Of a stretch of 59,812 nucleotides of DNA, positions 25,203 to 35,429 are shown piece by piece. The notes under the pieces were generated by a model. That model worked only from the letters and a program-made list of their open reading frames with translations, searched no databases and was not told where the DNA came from. Position 1 is the stretch's first letter; each line of letters starts with the position of its first letter. The DNA comes from Omnitrophica WOR_2 bacterium GWF2_43_52. Lineage in GTDB: Bacteria; Omnitrophota; Gorgyraeia; Gygaellales; UBA12090. The position numbers were made by a program, and so were the translations under genes. The stretch lies in assembly GCA_001805445.1 (NCBI GenBank), contig MHGF01000036.1, positions 96,010 to 155,821 on the forward strand, written 5' to 3'.

Positions 25203-26182
25203 CGTGTAAGGTTTGCGGCATTACATCAGAGAATAAGGTGTATGCCGTACGCGAGATGATGTTTGGCTTGCAAGATGAATTTATATATTTTGAATGCGGG
25301 AATTGCGGCTGCCTGCAGATAAAGGATATACCGGCAGACTTGTCTAAGTATTATCCTCCCGAGTACTATTCTTTTAAAAATCCCGCTTATTTAACTGGCG
25401 CTATGTCTGATAGTTATCTCAAGAGCTATCTTAGGCGAAAAAGAACATTTTACGCGATGTATAACAAAGGCATGCTTGGGAGGCTGCTTTTGGCGCTTTA
25501 TCCTATAAGTAATGCCTTGGCCGAATCTTTGGAATGGCTTAAAAAATGTAACGCCTCTTTTGATTCTAAGATATTGGACGTTGGCTGTGGCAAAGGAAGG
25601 TTATTGTTAGAATTAAGCCGATGCGGTTTTAGCGATCTTACCGGAGTCGATCCATATCTTGACAGTGATATTGTATATAAGAATAAAGTAAGAGTTTTAA
25701 GGAAGGAATTATCCGAGATAGAGGATACGTATCATGTGATAATGTTTCATCATTCTCTCGAGCATATGCGGGACCCTGGGGGTGTCTTTAGGGATATTGC
25801 GCGCCTATTGTATGATGAAGGAGGGCATGCGGTAATAAGGACCCCTACCGTCTCGTCATTTGCCTGGCGGCACTACGGGCAGGATTGGGTTCAGATAGAC
25901 GCCCCGCGTCATTTCTTCTTGCATTCCCTTAAGAGTATTGAAATCTTAGCAAAAAGAAACGGGCTTAAAATAAAAGAAATAATCTTTGATTCTACCGAAT
26001 TCCAGTTCTGGGGGAGCCAGCAGTATAAGAGAGGCATCGCGTTATTTGACCATAAGGCATATTGTGTAAGGCCAGCGGATATCATCAGTAGCCAGGATAT
26101 GAGGTTATTTAAGCTAAAGGCTCTTGCGTTAAACAGGGAAAAAGCTGGCGATCAGGTATGTGTCTATCTGGCTAAAAATTAA
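25184..26182 (+). CDS. Class I SAM-dependent methyltransferase with N-terminal Zn-ribbon
   Basis: 332 aa. CKVCG...CGNCGC, then ILDVGCGKGRLL and IMFHHSLEHM. Confidence 0.7.
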   Translation: MQGENLTCKVCGITSENKVYAVREMMFGLQDEFIYFECGNCGCLQIKDIPADLSKYYPPEYYSFKNPAYLTGAMSDSYLKSYLRRKRTFYAMYNKGMLGRLLLALYPISNALAESLEWLKKCNASFDSKILDVGCGKGRLLLELSRCGFSDLTGVDPYLDSDIVYKNKVRVLRKELSEIEDTYHVIMFHHSLEHMRDPGGVFRDIARLLYDEGGHAVIRTPTVSSFAWRHYGQDWVQIDAPRHFFLHSLKSIEILAKRNGLKIKEIIFDSTEFQFWGSQQYKRGIALFDHKAYCVRPADIISSQDMRLFKLKALALNREKAGDQVCVYLAKN

Positions 26183-26194
26183 AAGGAAACTATT

Positions 26195-26857
26195 ATGAAC
26201 CAAAATTGTTTATTATTTGGGGCCATGAATCTTAAAAGAGATGAGATTGAAGGCAGGGAGATTATTGAGATCGGCGCCTGTGATATTAATGGGAGCATGA
26301 GGCCATTATTTGAATCGTACAACCCTAAAAGGTATATCGGTGTCGATATAGCAAGAGGGCCTATGGTTGATATCGTGTGCGATGTGAGTGATTTAGTGAA
26401 TAGATTCGGCAGGCAAAGCTTTGATGTGGTGATATCTACCGAACTGCTTGAACATGTAAGAGACTGGAGGACGGCGATACATACTATGAAAGGTATTTGC
26501 AAGCCCGGCGGCATACTCTTGCTCACAACACGTTCTTTCGGGTTTTGCTACCATGGGTTCCCGTATGACTTTTGGAGATATGAGATAGAAGATATGCGCT
26601 ATATCTTTCAGGACTGCCGCATAGAAAAATTAGAAAAAGATCCGCAAAAAGGAGTTTTTATCAAAGTAGTCAAGCCCAGGGATTTTACGGAGCAAGATTT
26701 GTCTGGCTATAAACTTTATTCCATAATCAGTAATAGAAGGATTCTTGAGGTAACCGATAATAACCTGCGGAGCTGGCATTTTAAAATGATGGTTTTTAAA
26801 CAGAAATTGAATGAATTCATGCACAAGCAAATTGATGCCCTATTTTCAGTCAGATAA
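26195..26857 (+). CDS. SAM-dependent methyltransferase-like protein
   Basis: 220 aa. IIEIGACDINGS, then VVISTELLEHV and KPGGILLLTT. Confidence 0.55.
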   Translation: MNQNCLLFGAMNLKRDEIEGREIIEIGACDINGSMRPLFESYNPKRYIGVDIARGPMVDIVCDVSDLVNRFGRQSFDVVISTELLEHVRDWRTAIHTMKGICKPGGILLLTTRSFGFCYHGFPYDFWRYEIEDMRYIFQDCRIEKLEKDPQKGVFIKVVKPRDFTEQDLSGYKLYSIISNRRILEVTDNNLRSWHFKMMVFKQKLNEFMHKQIDALFSVR

Positions 26858-26945
26858 CCTAATAACGTTCATATCCTTGAGGCTTTGCGCGGCTATTGCT
26901 TGAGCAAAAATTTGATATTCCCTAAGAGGTGATAATTCTAAAACC

Positions 26946-27956
26946 ATGGCACAAACATATTCTAGAGTCGCGGTTATTATTTTAAATTGGAATGGAAAAG
27001 AGGACACCCTTCTCTGCCTGGATTCGGTATATAAAATGAAGTATCCCCGCCTTGAAGTTATTGTGGTTGATAACGGTTCAAGTGACAATTCCGCGATAGC
27101 TATCCGCGAAAGGTTTAAGGATGTGGTGCTCATAGAAAATAAGGAGAACCTTGGATTTTGCGGAGGTAACAACATAGGCATCCGGTATGCCTTAAGCCAG
27201 AAGCCTGATTATCTGCTTATCCTTAATAACGACGCGGTGGCAGAACCGTCGCTTATACAAGAGCTCAAGGCGGTTGTTGATTCCGATCCCCTCATCGGGG
27301 CAGTGAGCCCGATTATCACCTTTTATCATAATCAGGAGTTGATTTATTTCTTGGGGACAAAAATAGATTGGGGTAACGGGGATTTCTGCTCGCAATACCC
27401 GCGGCAATACATAGAATCAGCGAAAGGGTTAGTAGATATTGATTTTACCGGCTGGTGCGCGACGTTCATGAAAAGAGAGGTAATGGAAAAGGTTGGGCTT
27501 TTGGATGAGGAGTTTTTCGCTTATTACGATGACGCTGATTGGGGTACGCGCTGCAAAGCCCGTGGCTTAAGGACTGTGCTTTATCCAAAAAAACTGGTGC
27601 GCCATAAGGTCTCCGGTTCTACTGGAGGGAGTTTTTCGCCTTCGGTGTATTTCTATCTTTTTCGCAATAGGCTGTTCTTTATCAGAAAACATGCTCACTT
27701 CTTAAGAAAACTGCAATTTAGCTTTTGCTACGTAAGGGATAGCTATAAGCAATATGATAGTTTGTTAAGAGATAACCAGCAGGAAAGGGCGCGGGCAGTT
27801 ATGGATGCGGTTTGGTCAGCCTTGAATAATTGCCTGTTTGACAAAAGAGTACCTATGCCTGAGGAGTTTAAGTCTTCACGGAATATTTTTACGCTTATGT
27901 TTCTTTGGGGATTAACATTGAAAGCTGTATTTGGGTTAAAATCAGCCACACGATAA
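26946..27956 (+). CDS. Family 2 glycosyltransferase
   Basis: 336 aa. VAVIILNWNG, VVDNGSSDNS, NLGFCGGNN, YYDDADW. Confidence 0.85.
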   Translation: MAQTYSRVAVIILNWNGKEDTLLCLDSVYKMKYPRLEVIVVDNGSSDNSAIAIRERFKDVVLIENKENLGFCGGNNIGIRYALSQKPDYLLILNNDAVAEPSLIQELKAVVDSDPLIGAVSPIITFYHNQELIYFLGTKIDWGNGDFCSQYPRQYIESAKGLVDIDFTGWCATFMKREVMEKVGLLDEEFFAYYDDADWGTRCKARGLRTVLYPKKLVRHKVSGSTGGSFSPSVYFYLFRNRLFFIRKHAHFLRKLQFSFCYVRDSYKQYDSLLRDNQQERARAVMDAVWSALNNCLFDKRVPMPEEFKSSRNIFTLMFLWGLTLKAVFGLKSATR

Positions 27957-27960
27957 AACT

Positions 27961-29124
27961 ATGCGTATAGGCATTGATGCTCGGGTGTTGCAAAATGAAA
28001 GAAGGGGCCAGGGGCAGTATGTGTATTATCTCATTCAGGAATTAATAAAATTAGGCCGGCACGACGAATACCTGCTTTTTTATAACGGATTTAAGAAAGG
28101 TAGATTCGCCTTTGGTGAGGATATCCCTAATCTCAGGCAGGTATGGGCTTCTATTCCAGGGTCATTGCTTAAGCCTTTATGGTCGCGTTGTAAGTTTCCC
28201 CCCATAGAGTATTTGTTAGGTAAGGTTGATGTGTTTCACCATACCTTTAATTATAACTTTACGCATTACACCCCTGTCCCTGCGTACGCGCCATCGGTCG
28301 TTACCTTTAACGGTATGGCGCCTCCTGAAACTATCTGGGATAGCGCTCAATACAACCTGAAAGAAATTGACCGTTGGTTCAGAATAATCGCGCGGTCAGC
28401 CGCGAAGATAATCGCGGTATCGCGCATGGCAAAGGATGATTTACTAAAAAGGGTTAATGTTCCCGAAGAGAAAATAAGAATCATATATTGCGGTGTCAAC
28501 GAAAATTTCATGAGCACTCCAGATCCCCTACAGACTGACCTCACGTTAGTAAAGTATGGGTTAAAGGGGGCCAGGTATATTTTTTACGCGGGCGCGGCAG
28601 AAAAGAATAAGAATTTAGACGGGCTTATTGATGGCTTTAGAATGATTATGGGCAAACCAGGGATAGATGATATACATTTGGTAATGGCCGGGAGTATCGA
28701 TGATAATTTTCAAAGGCTTATGCGTAAGGTAAAGGAGTTGGGCCTCGATAAACGGGTGATATTCCCCGGGTATATAAGCCATGAATCTTTGCCTTCTTTG
28801 TATAGAGGGGCCGAAGCTTTTGTCTTGCCCACTTTTAGAGAGTGGTTTGGCATCCCGGTTTTAGAGGCAATGGCATCGGGTGTGCCGGTTGTGGTTTCAA
28901 AAAATACCGGGGCATTAGAGATTGTGGGAGACGCGGCAGTAACCTTTGATCCTTTTGATACGCGGGATATAGCGGCGGCTCTTGAGAAGATAGTACGAGA
29001 CCGCCCGTTACGGCGGGATTTGATTGCTCTTGGGCTCAAGCGGGTATCTGGCTATAGCTGGAAAAAGGCCGCGGAGGAAACATTATCAGTGTATAAAGAA
29101 GTGGGGGAGGGTTGTGGGCATTAA
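27961..29124 (+). CDS. GT4 (GT-B) glycosyltransferase
   Basis: 387 aa. C-terminal EWFGIPVLEAMASGVPVVVS motif. Confidence 0.85.
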   Translation: MRIGIDARVLQNERRGQGQYVYYLIQELIKLGRHDEYLLFYNGFKKGRFAFGEDIPNLRQVWASIPGSLLKPLWSRCKFPPIEYLLGKVDVFHHTFNYNFTHYTPVPAYAPSVVTFNGMAPPETIWDSAQYNLKEIDRWFRIIARSAAKIIAVSRMAKDDLLKRVNVPEEKIRIIYCGVNENFMSTPDPLQTDLTLVKYGLKGARYIFYAGAAEKNKNLDGLIDGFRMIMGKPGIDDIHLVMAGSIDDNFQRLMRKVKELGLDKRVIFPGYISHESLPSLYRGAEAFVLPTFREWFGIPVLEAMASGVPVVVSKNTGALEIVGDAAVTFDPFDTRDIAAALEKIVRDRPLRRDLIALGLKRVSGYSWKKAAEETLSVYKEVGEGCGH

Positions 29125-29830
29125 TTCAATTCTAAAGAATGTGAAAGAGATTGAGCATGCCTCTTTGGAGTTAAGAAAATCAGGTGTCCCTATTGCTGAG
29201 GGCGCGGCTAAGTCCTGGGATATGGGGCGGGCTTTTGATTTTATCCGCGGCCATAGCAAGAAAGACGCCTGTATTTTAGACGTAGGCGCGTATAAGTCGA
29301 GGTTGCTTGAATGGTTATATACAGATGGCTATAGGGGGCTTTACGGCTGCGATATTTCTGGTATTGAGTGGAGATGGGTAGCCTCTCTCTATTTACGCGA
29401 AATGCGCTTCCTGGATTTATTGGGATGGCTCTGTGGGAAGGGCCCGATACGTTTAAGCAGGCAGGATTTACTGAAGACAAAATATCCATCAAGCCACTTT
29501 AATGTTATTACGAGTATTTCGGTAATAGAGCATGGCGTTGATACGAGGCTTTATGTAAAGGAGATGAGCCGGCTCCTAAAGCCAGGAGGATATTTGATTA
29601 CCTCTTGCGATTACTGGCCAACATATATCGAGACCTTGGGAACTTTACCCTATGGGCTTAACTGGAATATCCAGACTCAAAAAGATGTCGAGGGTTTAAT
29701 ACGCCTGGCGGCAGATTCTAATCTTTTCCTTATTGAACCGATGGATTTTAGTTATGAAGAGCCGGTGGTTAAGTGGAATGGCAAGGAATATACATTTGCT
29801 TTTTTTATTTTTAAAAAAGATGGCCCATAG
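29114..29830 (+). CDS. SAM-dependent methyltransferase-like protein
   Basis: The track ORF starts at 29024, deep inside the preceding gene. GTG 29114, after GGGGGAGG, is the preferred start; ATG 29222 is an alternative. Motifs ILDVGAYKSRL and LKPGGYLITS. Confidence 0.5.
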   Translation: MGINSILKNVKEIEHASLELRKSGVPIAEGAAKSWDMGRAFDFIRGHSKKDACILDVGAYKSRLLEWLYTDGYRGLYGCDISGIEWRWVASLYLREMRFLDLLGWLCGKGPIRLSRQDLLKTKYPSSHFNVITSISVIEHGVDTRLYVKEMSRLLKPGGYLITSCDYWPTYIETLGTLPYGLNWNIQTQKDVEGLIRLAADSNLFLIEPMDFSYEEPVVKWNGKEYTFAFFIFKKDGP

Positions 29831-30623
29831 ATTACAACACAGGCCATGGCTTATGCGCCTGCCGTTTTTATCTCTTCGCGAAAAGCTTTATTATAAATTC
29901 TACGCCCAGAGAGCGGGGGAATTCAAGGATTTATATCAGAGCGCTCATTTGGCCTTTTTGCCAAACGTACAGTTGCAATTGGTTCCTACTGACTCGAGCC
30001 ATCAATGGATTGCGCTGACCGGTTTCTACGAATTAATCTTAACGAGAACTATCGTCAAGCTCGCTAAGGAAGGGGGGGTACTGGTTGATGCCGGCGCGAA
30101 TTTCGGTTATTACTCTTGCCTTTGGGCAGGGCTCAATCCGAATAATCGGGTGATTGCCTTTGAGCCATCTCCGTTGTGCCTGCCGCATCTTAAAGGTAAC
30201 GTTATGCAGAATAATCTCGGGGGTAAGGTTGAAATAAGAGAGATAGCCTTAGGGAAAGAAAACGGTACCGCTCTGTTTGATTTAGGCCCGAACGAGCAAA
30301 CAGGCTGGGGCGGATTTGCTTTATCAGCTGGCGAGAGGCAAGCTGAGGTTCGCGTAGCGCGCCTTGATGACATTTTAGAAGATATCGTAAGCCATAAACC
30401 AGTAGATGTGTTAAAGATAGATGTTGAAGGCGCTGATACCTGGGTGCTTTTAGGCGCGAAGAATGTGCTCAGGGATAAAAAGATAAAGCATATTTTCTTT
30501 GAAGAAAATAGTACGAGGATGCGGCCTTTACATATCGCGCACAATGAAGCGGTAAGGTTTCTTCAGTCTTTTGGGTATACCGTGAAGTATTTGACGCAAA
30601 GTATTGTCTACGCTCATTCGTAG
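29820..30623 (+). CDS. FkbM family methyltransferase, copy 1
   Basis: Start trimmed to ATG 29820. LVDAGANFGYYS and VLKIDVEGADTWVL. Confidence 0.72.
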   Translation: MAHRLQHRPWLMRLPFLSLREKLYYKFYAQRAGEFKDLYQSAHLAFLPNVQLQLVPTDSSHQWIALTGFYELILTRTIVKLAKEGGVLVDAGANFGYYSCLWAGLNPNNRVIAFEPSPLCLPHLKGNVMQNNLGGKVEIREIALGKENGTALFDLGPNEQTGWGGFALSAGERQAEVRVARLDDILEDIVSHKPVDVLKIDVEGADTWVLLGAKNVLRDKKIKHIFFEENSTRMRPLHIAHNEAVRFLQSFGYTVKYLTQSIVYAHS

Positions 30624-30635
30624 GGTGAAGTGATT

Positions 30636-31784
30636 ATGAAGGTATCTCTCTGCGCGGCCTTTAATAAGGAAAAAGACGGTATCTCTGATTATTCCGGCTA
30701 TCTTGCCCAAGAACTCGCAAGGTTTGTGGATGTGCGTTTGGTGGCCCTGCGGCATTTTATAGCCGAAGATAATTTTTATCGACAGAAGGCTGGTGAGGCT
30801 AATGAGGCTGATATTGTTCATATCCAATTTAATTACCCCTATTTTAACGGCGACATGCCTTACAGGAATAAGCTTTTATTTTTTTTAAAATACATCACAA
30901 AACCTGTGGTGATAACAATGCATGAAGTAAGAATAGGGTATGAGCCGATAACATCAAATGTCACTCCTGCCCACAGGCGGCTGGTTTTTAACAATACCTT
31001 ATTCTTCTGGAATTTCTGGAGCCGTCTTTATCATAAGGATATAGTGAAAAGGGCGCGCAGGGTTATTGTGCATACCCGCGCTCAGCATGAAATGATAGCG
31101 CGTTTAGCCAAAGATAAGGAAAGCATTGTCCTTATTCCCCATGGCATTGTGGTAATAGAACAGGATAAAAAAAATATCGCTCCTTTTGCGGCAAAAAGAA
31201 GCCTGGGGGTAGAGGGAAAAAGAGTAGTAAGCATAGTTGGCTTTATCAATAAGAAAAAGGGGTACGCGTTGGCTTTTGAATGCCTCAAGGAACTTCCGGA
31301 TGATGTGATGCTGCTTATCGCCGGAGGGCCGATGACAAATAATCTGGTTGATAGCCGCTATTATCGTTGTATCCAGAAAGAAATATCTGCGGCAGGGCTC
31401 ACCAAAAGAGTAAAAATAACAGGCTATCTCACGGTGCAAGATATCCCCGAGGTTATGGCGGCAACGGATATATGCCTGGCGCCATTTTCATCTTTAAGCG
31501 CTTCAGGGGCATTGAGCTTGTGCATAGCCTATAATAAAGCGATTATCGCCTCAGATATAGAAGGCCATCAGGAGATTAATGGCCGGGTCAAATGCCTTGA
31601 GTTGTTTCGTCAGGGAGAGGCTAAGGATTTATTAGAAAAAATAAATTGGCTTTTAGTGGATCAAAATCATTTATTAGGGCTTAGAGAAGCCGCGAAAGTG
31701 TATAGCGATAAATTTAGTTACGCCAGGATCGCCGAAAAGACGGCTTTGCTTTATCGGGAAGTCATTGATTCGCTATATCCATAA
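30636..31784 (+). CDS. GT4 (GT-B) glycosyltransferase
   Basis: About 382 aa. GT-B C-terminal half with LLIAGGP...ITGYL and SASGALSLCIAYNKAIIASD. Confidence 0.68.
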   Translation: MKVSLCAAFNKEKDGISDYSGYLAQELARFVDVRLVALRHFIAEDNFYRQKAGEANEADIVHIQFNYPYFNGDMPYRNKLLFFLKYITKPVVITMHEVRIGYEPITSNVTPAHRRLVFNNTLFFWNFWSRLYHKDIVKRARRVIVHTRAQHEMIARLAKDKESIVLIPHGIVVIEQDKKNIAPFAAKRSLGVEGKRVVSIVGFINKKKGYALAFECLKELPDDVMLLIAGGPMTNNLVDSRYYRCIQKEISAAGLTKRVKITGYLTVQDIPEVMAATDICLAPFSSLSASGALSLCIAYNKAIIASDIEGHQEINGRVKCLELFRQGEAKDLLEKINWLLVDQNHLLGLREAAKVYSDKFSYARIAEKTALLYREVIDSLYP

Positions 31785-31794
31785 GGAATACTCT

Positions 31795-32610
31795 ATGTTT
31801 TTTCTGGAGAAATGCGCGAGGATGCTCAGGCATATGCCGGCCTTAAGAAGAATGAAATTCTTCTGGGATTTCATTACTCCCGCGTATGAATGTGTGTTGA
31901 AGCTCTTGTATGGAAATACGCTGAGGCGCCGCATAAATAATACGGATAGTGTCTATATCCCTTTTCATTTAAGGCGTTTTACCGGTACCTATGAAATTGA
32001 TATTTGGAAGAAGGCAATGGATGAGGTTCGTTTAGGAGATACCGTTGCTGATGTGGGGGCTTTTTTTGGATTTTACACCTTTCCCTTCCTGAAACGAGTG
32101 GGACCTTATGGCAGAGTTGTTGCCTTCGAGCCAGATCCGGGAAATTTAGCTTTTCTTAAGAGTATAACGAAACGATATACAATGGGCCTAAGGCTAGAGA
32201 TTGTCGGTTTCGCGGTTGGCCAATCACGTGGAAAATTGAAATTTGACGCTCAAGGCATTTCTACTTCCTCAGTGGCCATTGAAAGCAATCCCAAAGGCCA
32301 GGTTATGGAAGTTGCCTGTGTGAGCTTGGATGAATTTTTTGCTGATGAAAAATTGGATATCATAAAAATCGATGTGGAAGGCTATGAGGAAAAGGTTCTC
32401 GCGGGAGCAAGAAATATTTTAAAGAGGAAAAGCGGGTATCCCCGGGCTATTTTTATTGAAGTGCATCCGTATGCCTGGAATGTGTACGGTACCAGCGATA
32501 CCGCACTACTGGATATCTTAGCAGATGCGGGTTATAAAGTCAAAAATGTCAACGGAGACACGATGTTTGCTCTTAAGGAGTATGGCGCTATCATGGCGTT
32601 AAGAGAGTAA
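31795..32610 (+). CDS. FkbM family methyltransferase, copy 2
   Basis: Start trimmed to ATG 31795. VADVGAFFGFYT and IIKIDVEGYEEKVL. Confidence 0.72.
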   Translation: MFFLEKCARMLRHMPALRRMKFFWDFITPAYECVLKLLYGNTLRRRINNTDSVYIPFHLRRFTGTYEIDIWKKAMDEVRLGDTVADVGAFFGFYTFPFLKRVGPYGRVVAFEPDPGNLAFLKSITKRYTMGLRLEIVGFAVGQSRGKLKFDAQGISTSSVAIESNPKGQVMEVACVSLDEFFADEKLDIIKIDVEGYEEKVLAGARNILKRKSGYPRAIFIEVHPYAWNVYGTSDTALLDILADAGYKVKNVNGDTMFALKEYGAIMALRE

Positions 32611-32627
32611 GGAGAAAAGAAAGTTTT

Positions 32628-32763
32628 ATCCCGACGCTTTAAAACCGCGGCCTTCAGGGGCGCGGATGGAGTTCCGGCGTTTTCGGCCGGAACAAGTCGG
32701 TCGGGATTCCGCCCCGAAGGGGCAAGAAGAAAAGGAACCCCGGGTTTAGCCCGGGTGGGTTCC
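32628..32763 (+). other. G+C-rich, multi-hairpin non-coding island between two glycan genes
   Basis: Helices read by hand: ATCCCGAC (32628-35) with GTCGGGAT (32700-07); CCGCG with CGCGG; GTTCCGGC (32671-78) with GCCGGAAC (32686-93); GCCCC-GAA-GGGGC (32711-23); GGAACCC (32734-40) with GGGTTCC (32757-63), with an inner CGGG/CCCG. Confidence 0.5.
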
Positions 32764-32769
32764 ATTGAT

Positions 32770-33930
32770 ATGCCGCAAAAAATAAAGAAGATGCTCTTTC
32801 TTACTGTTGATTTTCCTCCTATGGGAGGAGGGATGTCCAGGCATAGCTTTGACGTAGCCCTTGCCTTGCGGCAGCTTAAAGAGCCGGTGGTTATTGCGGC
32901 CCCGCAGGCAGGCCGCGATAAAGACGTTATCGCTGAGGTGGGCTTTTCGGTTGTCCGCTTACCGGGGATTGTCCCTGGGCGCATTTTTGATAATTACCTA
33001 AGAAGCGTTGTAATTTTCTTTCTTTATGGTTTCTATTATTGTGTGAGCCGGCGGGTAAAGGCGGTAGTGGTAAATACCTGGTCGATAGCCGGGGTTGCGG
33101 CGTTTCTTATAAAAAAAACTTTAGGGATTCCTTATTTTGTGTTTGCCCATGGCCTTGATGTATATGCTCCTTTAGCCAATCCGAAAGTGTATCACGTGAT
33201 GCGGGTTGTGCTTAAAAATGCGTCTTTAGTTATTGCCAATAGCAATTGTACCGCAGGGTTAGTAAAAAGAGTAGTAGGAGAGCGCGAAAAAATAGAGGTT
33301 CTCCATCCTGTGATAGATACCAAAAGATTTACTCCACAGCCATCTTTCTTTGATAAGAAAATTGCTGACAAAAAAGTAATCCTTACGGTGGCCAGGCTTG
33401 TTGAGAGCAAAGGCCATGAAGCGGTTATTCGCGCGCTTCCCAGAATTATTCAACACATCCCGCGCCTGCTCTACAAAATCGTAGGTGAAGGCCCCTTGGA
33501 ACAGAGGCTTAAGGAATTGGTGGATACCTTAGGCTTAGGGGACAAGGTTGCTTTTGTCGGTAATGTTCAGGATAATGAACTGGCGGCATATTACGCTTCC
33601 TGTGATGTGTTTGTGATGATAAGCAGGGAAATTAAAGAGCGCGGCGAGGTTGAAGGTTTTGGAATTGTGTTTTTAGAGGCAGGAGCTTGCGCAAGGCCGG
33701 TAGTCGGCGCAAAAAGCGGCGGGGTTCCTGACGCGGTAATAGACGGGGTGACGGGAATTCTGGTGGATCCGCTCAATGAGGAGGAAATAGCGCGAGCCAT
33801 AATCCGCATCCTTCAGGATGAGCCACTGGCTAAGAGTTTGGGGGAAAATGGCAAAAGAAGAGTGGAAACCGAGTTAACCATAGAAAATTTCGCGGATAAA
33901 TTAAAGAGGATTATTAATAACAATGGCTAG
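32770..33930 (+). CDS. GT4 (GT-B) glycosyltransferase
   Basis: Start trimmed to ATG 32770. EGFGIVFLEAGACARPVVGAKSGGVPDAV. Confidence 0.85.
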   Translation: MPQKIKKMLFLTVDFPPMGGGMSRHSFDVALALRQLKEPVVIAAPQAGRDKDVIAEVGFSVVRLPGIVPGRIFDNYLRSVVIFFLYGFYYCVSRRVKAVVVNTWSIAGVAAFLIKKTLGIPYFVFAHGLDVYAPLANPKVYHVMRVVLKNASLVIANSNCTAGLVKRVVGEREKIEVLHPVIDTKRFTPQPSFFDKKIADKKVILTVARLVESKGHEAVIRALPRIIQHIPRLLYKIVGEGPLEQRLKELVDTLGLGDKVAFVGNVQDNELAAYYASCDVFVMISREIKERGEVEGFGIVFLEAGACARPVVGAKSGGVPDAVIDGVTGILVDPLNEEEIARAIIRILQDEPLAKSLGENGKRRVETELTIENFADKLKRIINNNG

Positions 33931-35395
33931 TAAAAAGGTGGTTTTTTTAATGATCTTCCTGAGTGTCGCGGTGCTGTGCATTGGCGGCCTCAATGGGTAT
34001 CTGCCTCTTCAGGAAGATAGCTGTATTTATCTGAGCCTTGCCCAATCATTGTCAAAAGGCTTGGGATATACCTATACCGCGGGGCCGGTTAATGCCCCCG
34101 CTAATTATTATCCTCCTGGGTATCCAGCAATGATTTCTCCCCTTGTGTCTTTCTTTCCGCGACAGTATCTGGCCTCAAAGATTTTAACCGTAGTGTTAAC
34201 TTTAATGTTGATTGGTATCATTTTGTATTCTTTAGAGGAAATGTTTAAAGATACGAGTACTATTTTTGCTGTTTTGTTGGCTTTTAATAGTTTGATTATT
34301 TTTTACTCGCGCCAGATACTTACCGAGATTCCCTATCTACTTTTTTCTTTCTGTGGTATATATTGCTTCACGCGCTACGGCCAGGCCACCCGGATAGTGA
34401 GCCGTTTTCTTTTTCTCGCTGCTTTTTTTATGGCTATAGCTTTTTATGTGCGCGCGATCGGGATTGTCCTGGTGATAGCGGCGTTATTGTATTGTGTGTT
34501 TCGCAGGAAAATCACGCAAGGGATAACGTTGGCGTTCTTATTCTTTATTTCGGTTTTTCCCTGGATATATCACGGCACGCGCGCCAGCAAAAATGCCTAC
34601 ATAGCGGAGTTTGAGCATGCTACGGGCGGTTTGTGGGATTTGCTGCAGAGGTTAACCTATAACCTGGCGGCAACGGTGGGAAAGGAGCTTCCTGATTTGT
34701 TTTTCTATCCGTTCTTAACCGCTCTTGACTCGCGCTCTTTTGTGTTTATCTTTAAATTTTCACTAGGGAGCGCTATCGCCGTGGTGCTCATTGTGGGTTT
34801 TATAAAGAAAATAAGGCAGAAGGGTGTTTGGTTTTTTGATGTGTATAGCGTGGTTTATTTCTGCGTCTATCTTACCTGGACGCATCATGGGGCGCGTTAT
34901 CTGGTGCCGCTTTTGCCGTTTTTATTGTATTATTTATTTTTAGGGGCACACAGTTTACTGAAGCGCGAGTTCTTTATAAAGGGGGTAATCTGCGCGATTA
35001 TTTTTTTGAATATTGCCGGGAGTATCCATGAAATTATCAGGGAGAGAAATAATCCCTATCAACCCGCGGAAATCTCTTTTATACAAGCGGTGGACTGGAT
35101 AAAGAAGAATGTTTCATCAGAAAACATCATTTTATCCAGGCGTAGTAACTGGATTTATGTGTATACGCAGGGTTTGCGTGGAGTGAAGCTCCTTCGCACA
35201 ACCGATACCCGCGCGCACTATGCCTATATTATGGACACTAAGGTTGATTATATCGTGATAGACCAGAATAAGATTTATCGCGATGACGCCCGGGACTATT
35301 TGTTGCCTTTGGTTCGGGATTATCCCGATAATTTTGAAAAGGTATATGCAAGCCCTATGAAGCCGCAAACATATGTGTATAAAGTGATACGATAA
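33923..35395 (+). CDS. GT-C fold membrane glycosyltransferase (GT39/ArnT-PMT-like)
   Basis: 490 aa. Polytopic N-terminal two-thirds with [12 protein letters not shown], plus a soluble C-terminal domain. Followed by a polyprenyl-phosphate sugar synthase-like GT2. Confidence 0.58.
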   Translation: MASKKVVFLMIFLSVAVLCIGGLNGYLPLQEDSCIYLSLAQSLSKGLGYTYTAGPVNAPANYYPPGYPAMISPLVSFFPRQYLASKILTVVLTLMLIGIILYSLEEMFKDTSTIFAVLLAFNSLIIFYSRQILTEIPYLLFSFCGIYCFTRYGQATRIVSRFLFLAAFFMAIAFYVRAIGIVLVIAALLYCVFRRKITQGITLAFLFFISVFPWIYHGTRASKNAYIAEFEHATGGLWDLLQRLTYNLAATVGKELPDLFFYPFLTALDSRSFVFIFKFSLGSAIAVVLIVGFIKKIRQKGVWFFDVYSVVYFCVYLTWTHHGARYLVPLLPFLLYYLFLGAHSLLKREFFIKGVICAIIFLNIAGSIHEIIRERNNPYQPAEISFIQAVDWIKKNVSSENIILSRRSNWIYVYTQGLRGVKLLRTTDTRAHYAYIMDTKVDYIVIDQNKIYRDDARDYLLPLVRDYPDNFEKVYASPMKPQTYVYKVIR

Positions 35396-35429
35396 GCTTC
35401 CTCGGGGAAACCGACAGAAGAGGTTAGAT

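Noticed and set aside
29024-29113. Long 5' extensions of the track ORFs at 29024, 29733, 31765, 32755, 48781 and 12129.
   Set aside because: The extensions overlap the preceding gene by 30-100 nt or run through repeat elements. Internal starts (29114, 29820, 31795, 32770, 48853, 12153) fit the intergenic spacing, RBS-like sequence or paralog alignment better.
32664-32763. Possible guanidine-I (ykkC) riboswitch, because of GGAGUUCCGGCGU and GCCCGGG segments.
   Set aside because: The UUCCGGC segment is itself the 5' arm of a perfect local hairpin. The conserved GGUCCGAGAG and ACGGGA boxes, as I recall them, are absent. The downstream gene is a glycosyltransferase, not a guanidine-related gene. 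An Rfam scan would settle it.
32532-32984. 150-aa minus-strand ORF spanning the FkbM/GT4 junction.
   Set aside because: It runs antisense through two well-supported genes and the G+C-rich hairpin island. Its length is explained by the absence of stop codons in G+C-rich palindromic sequence.
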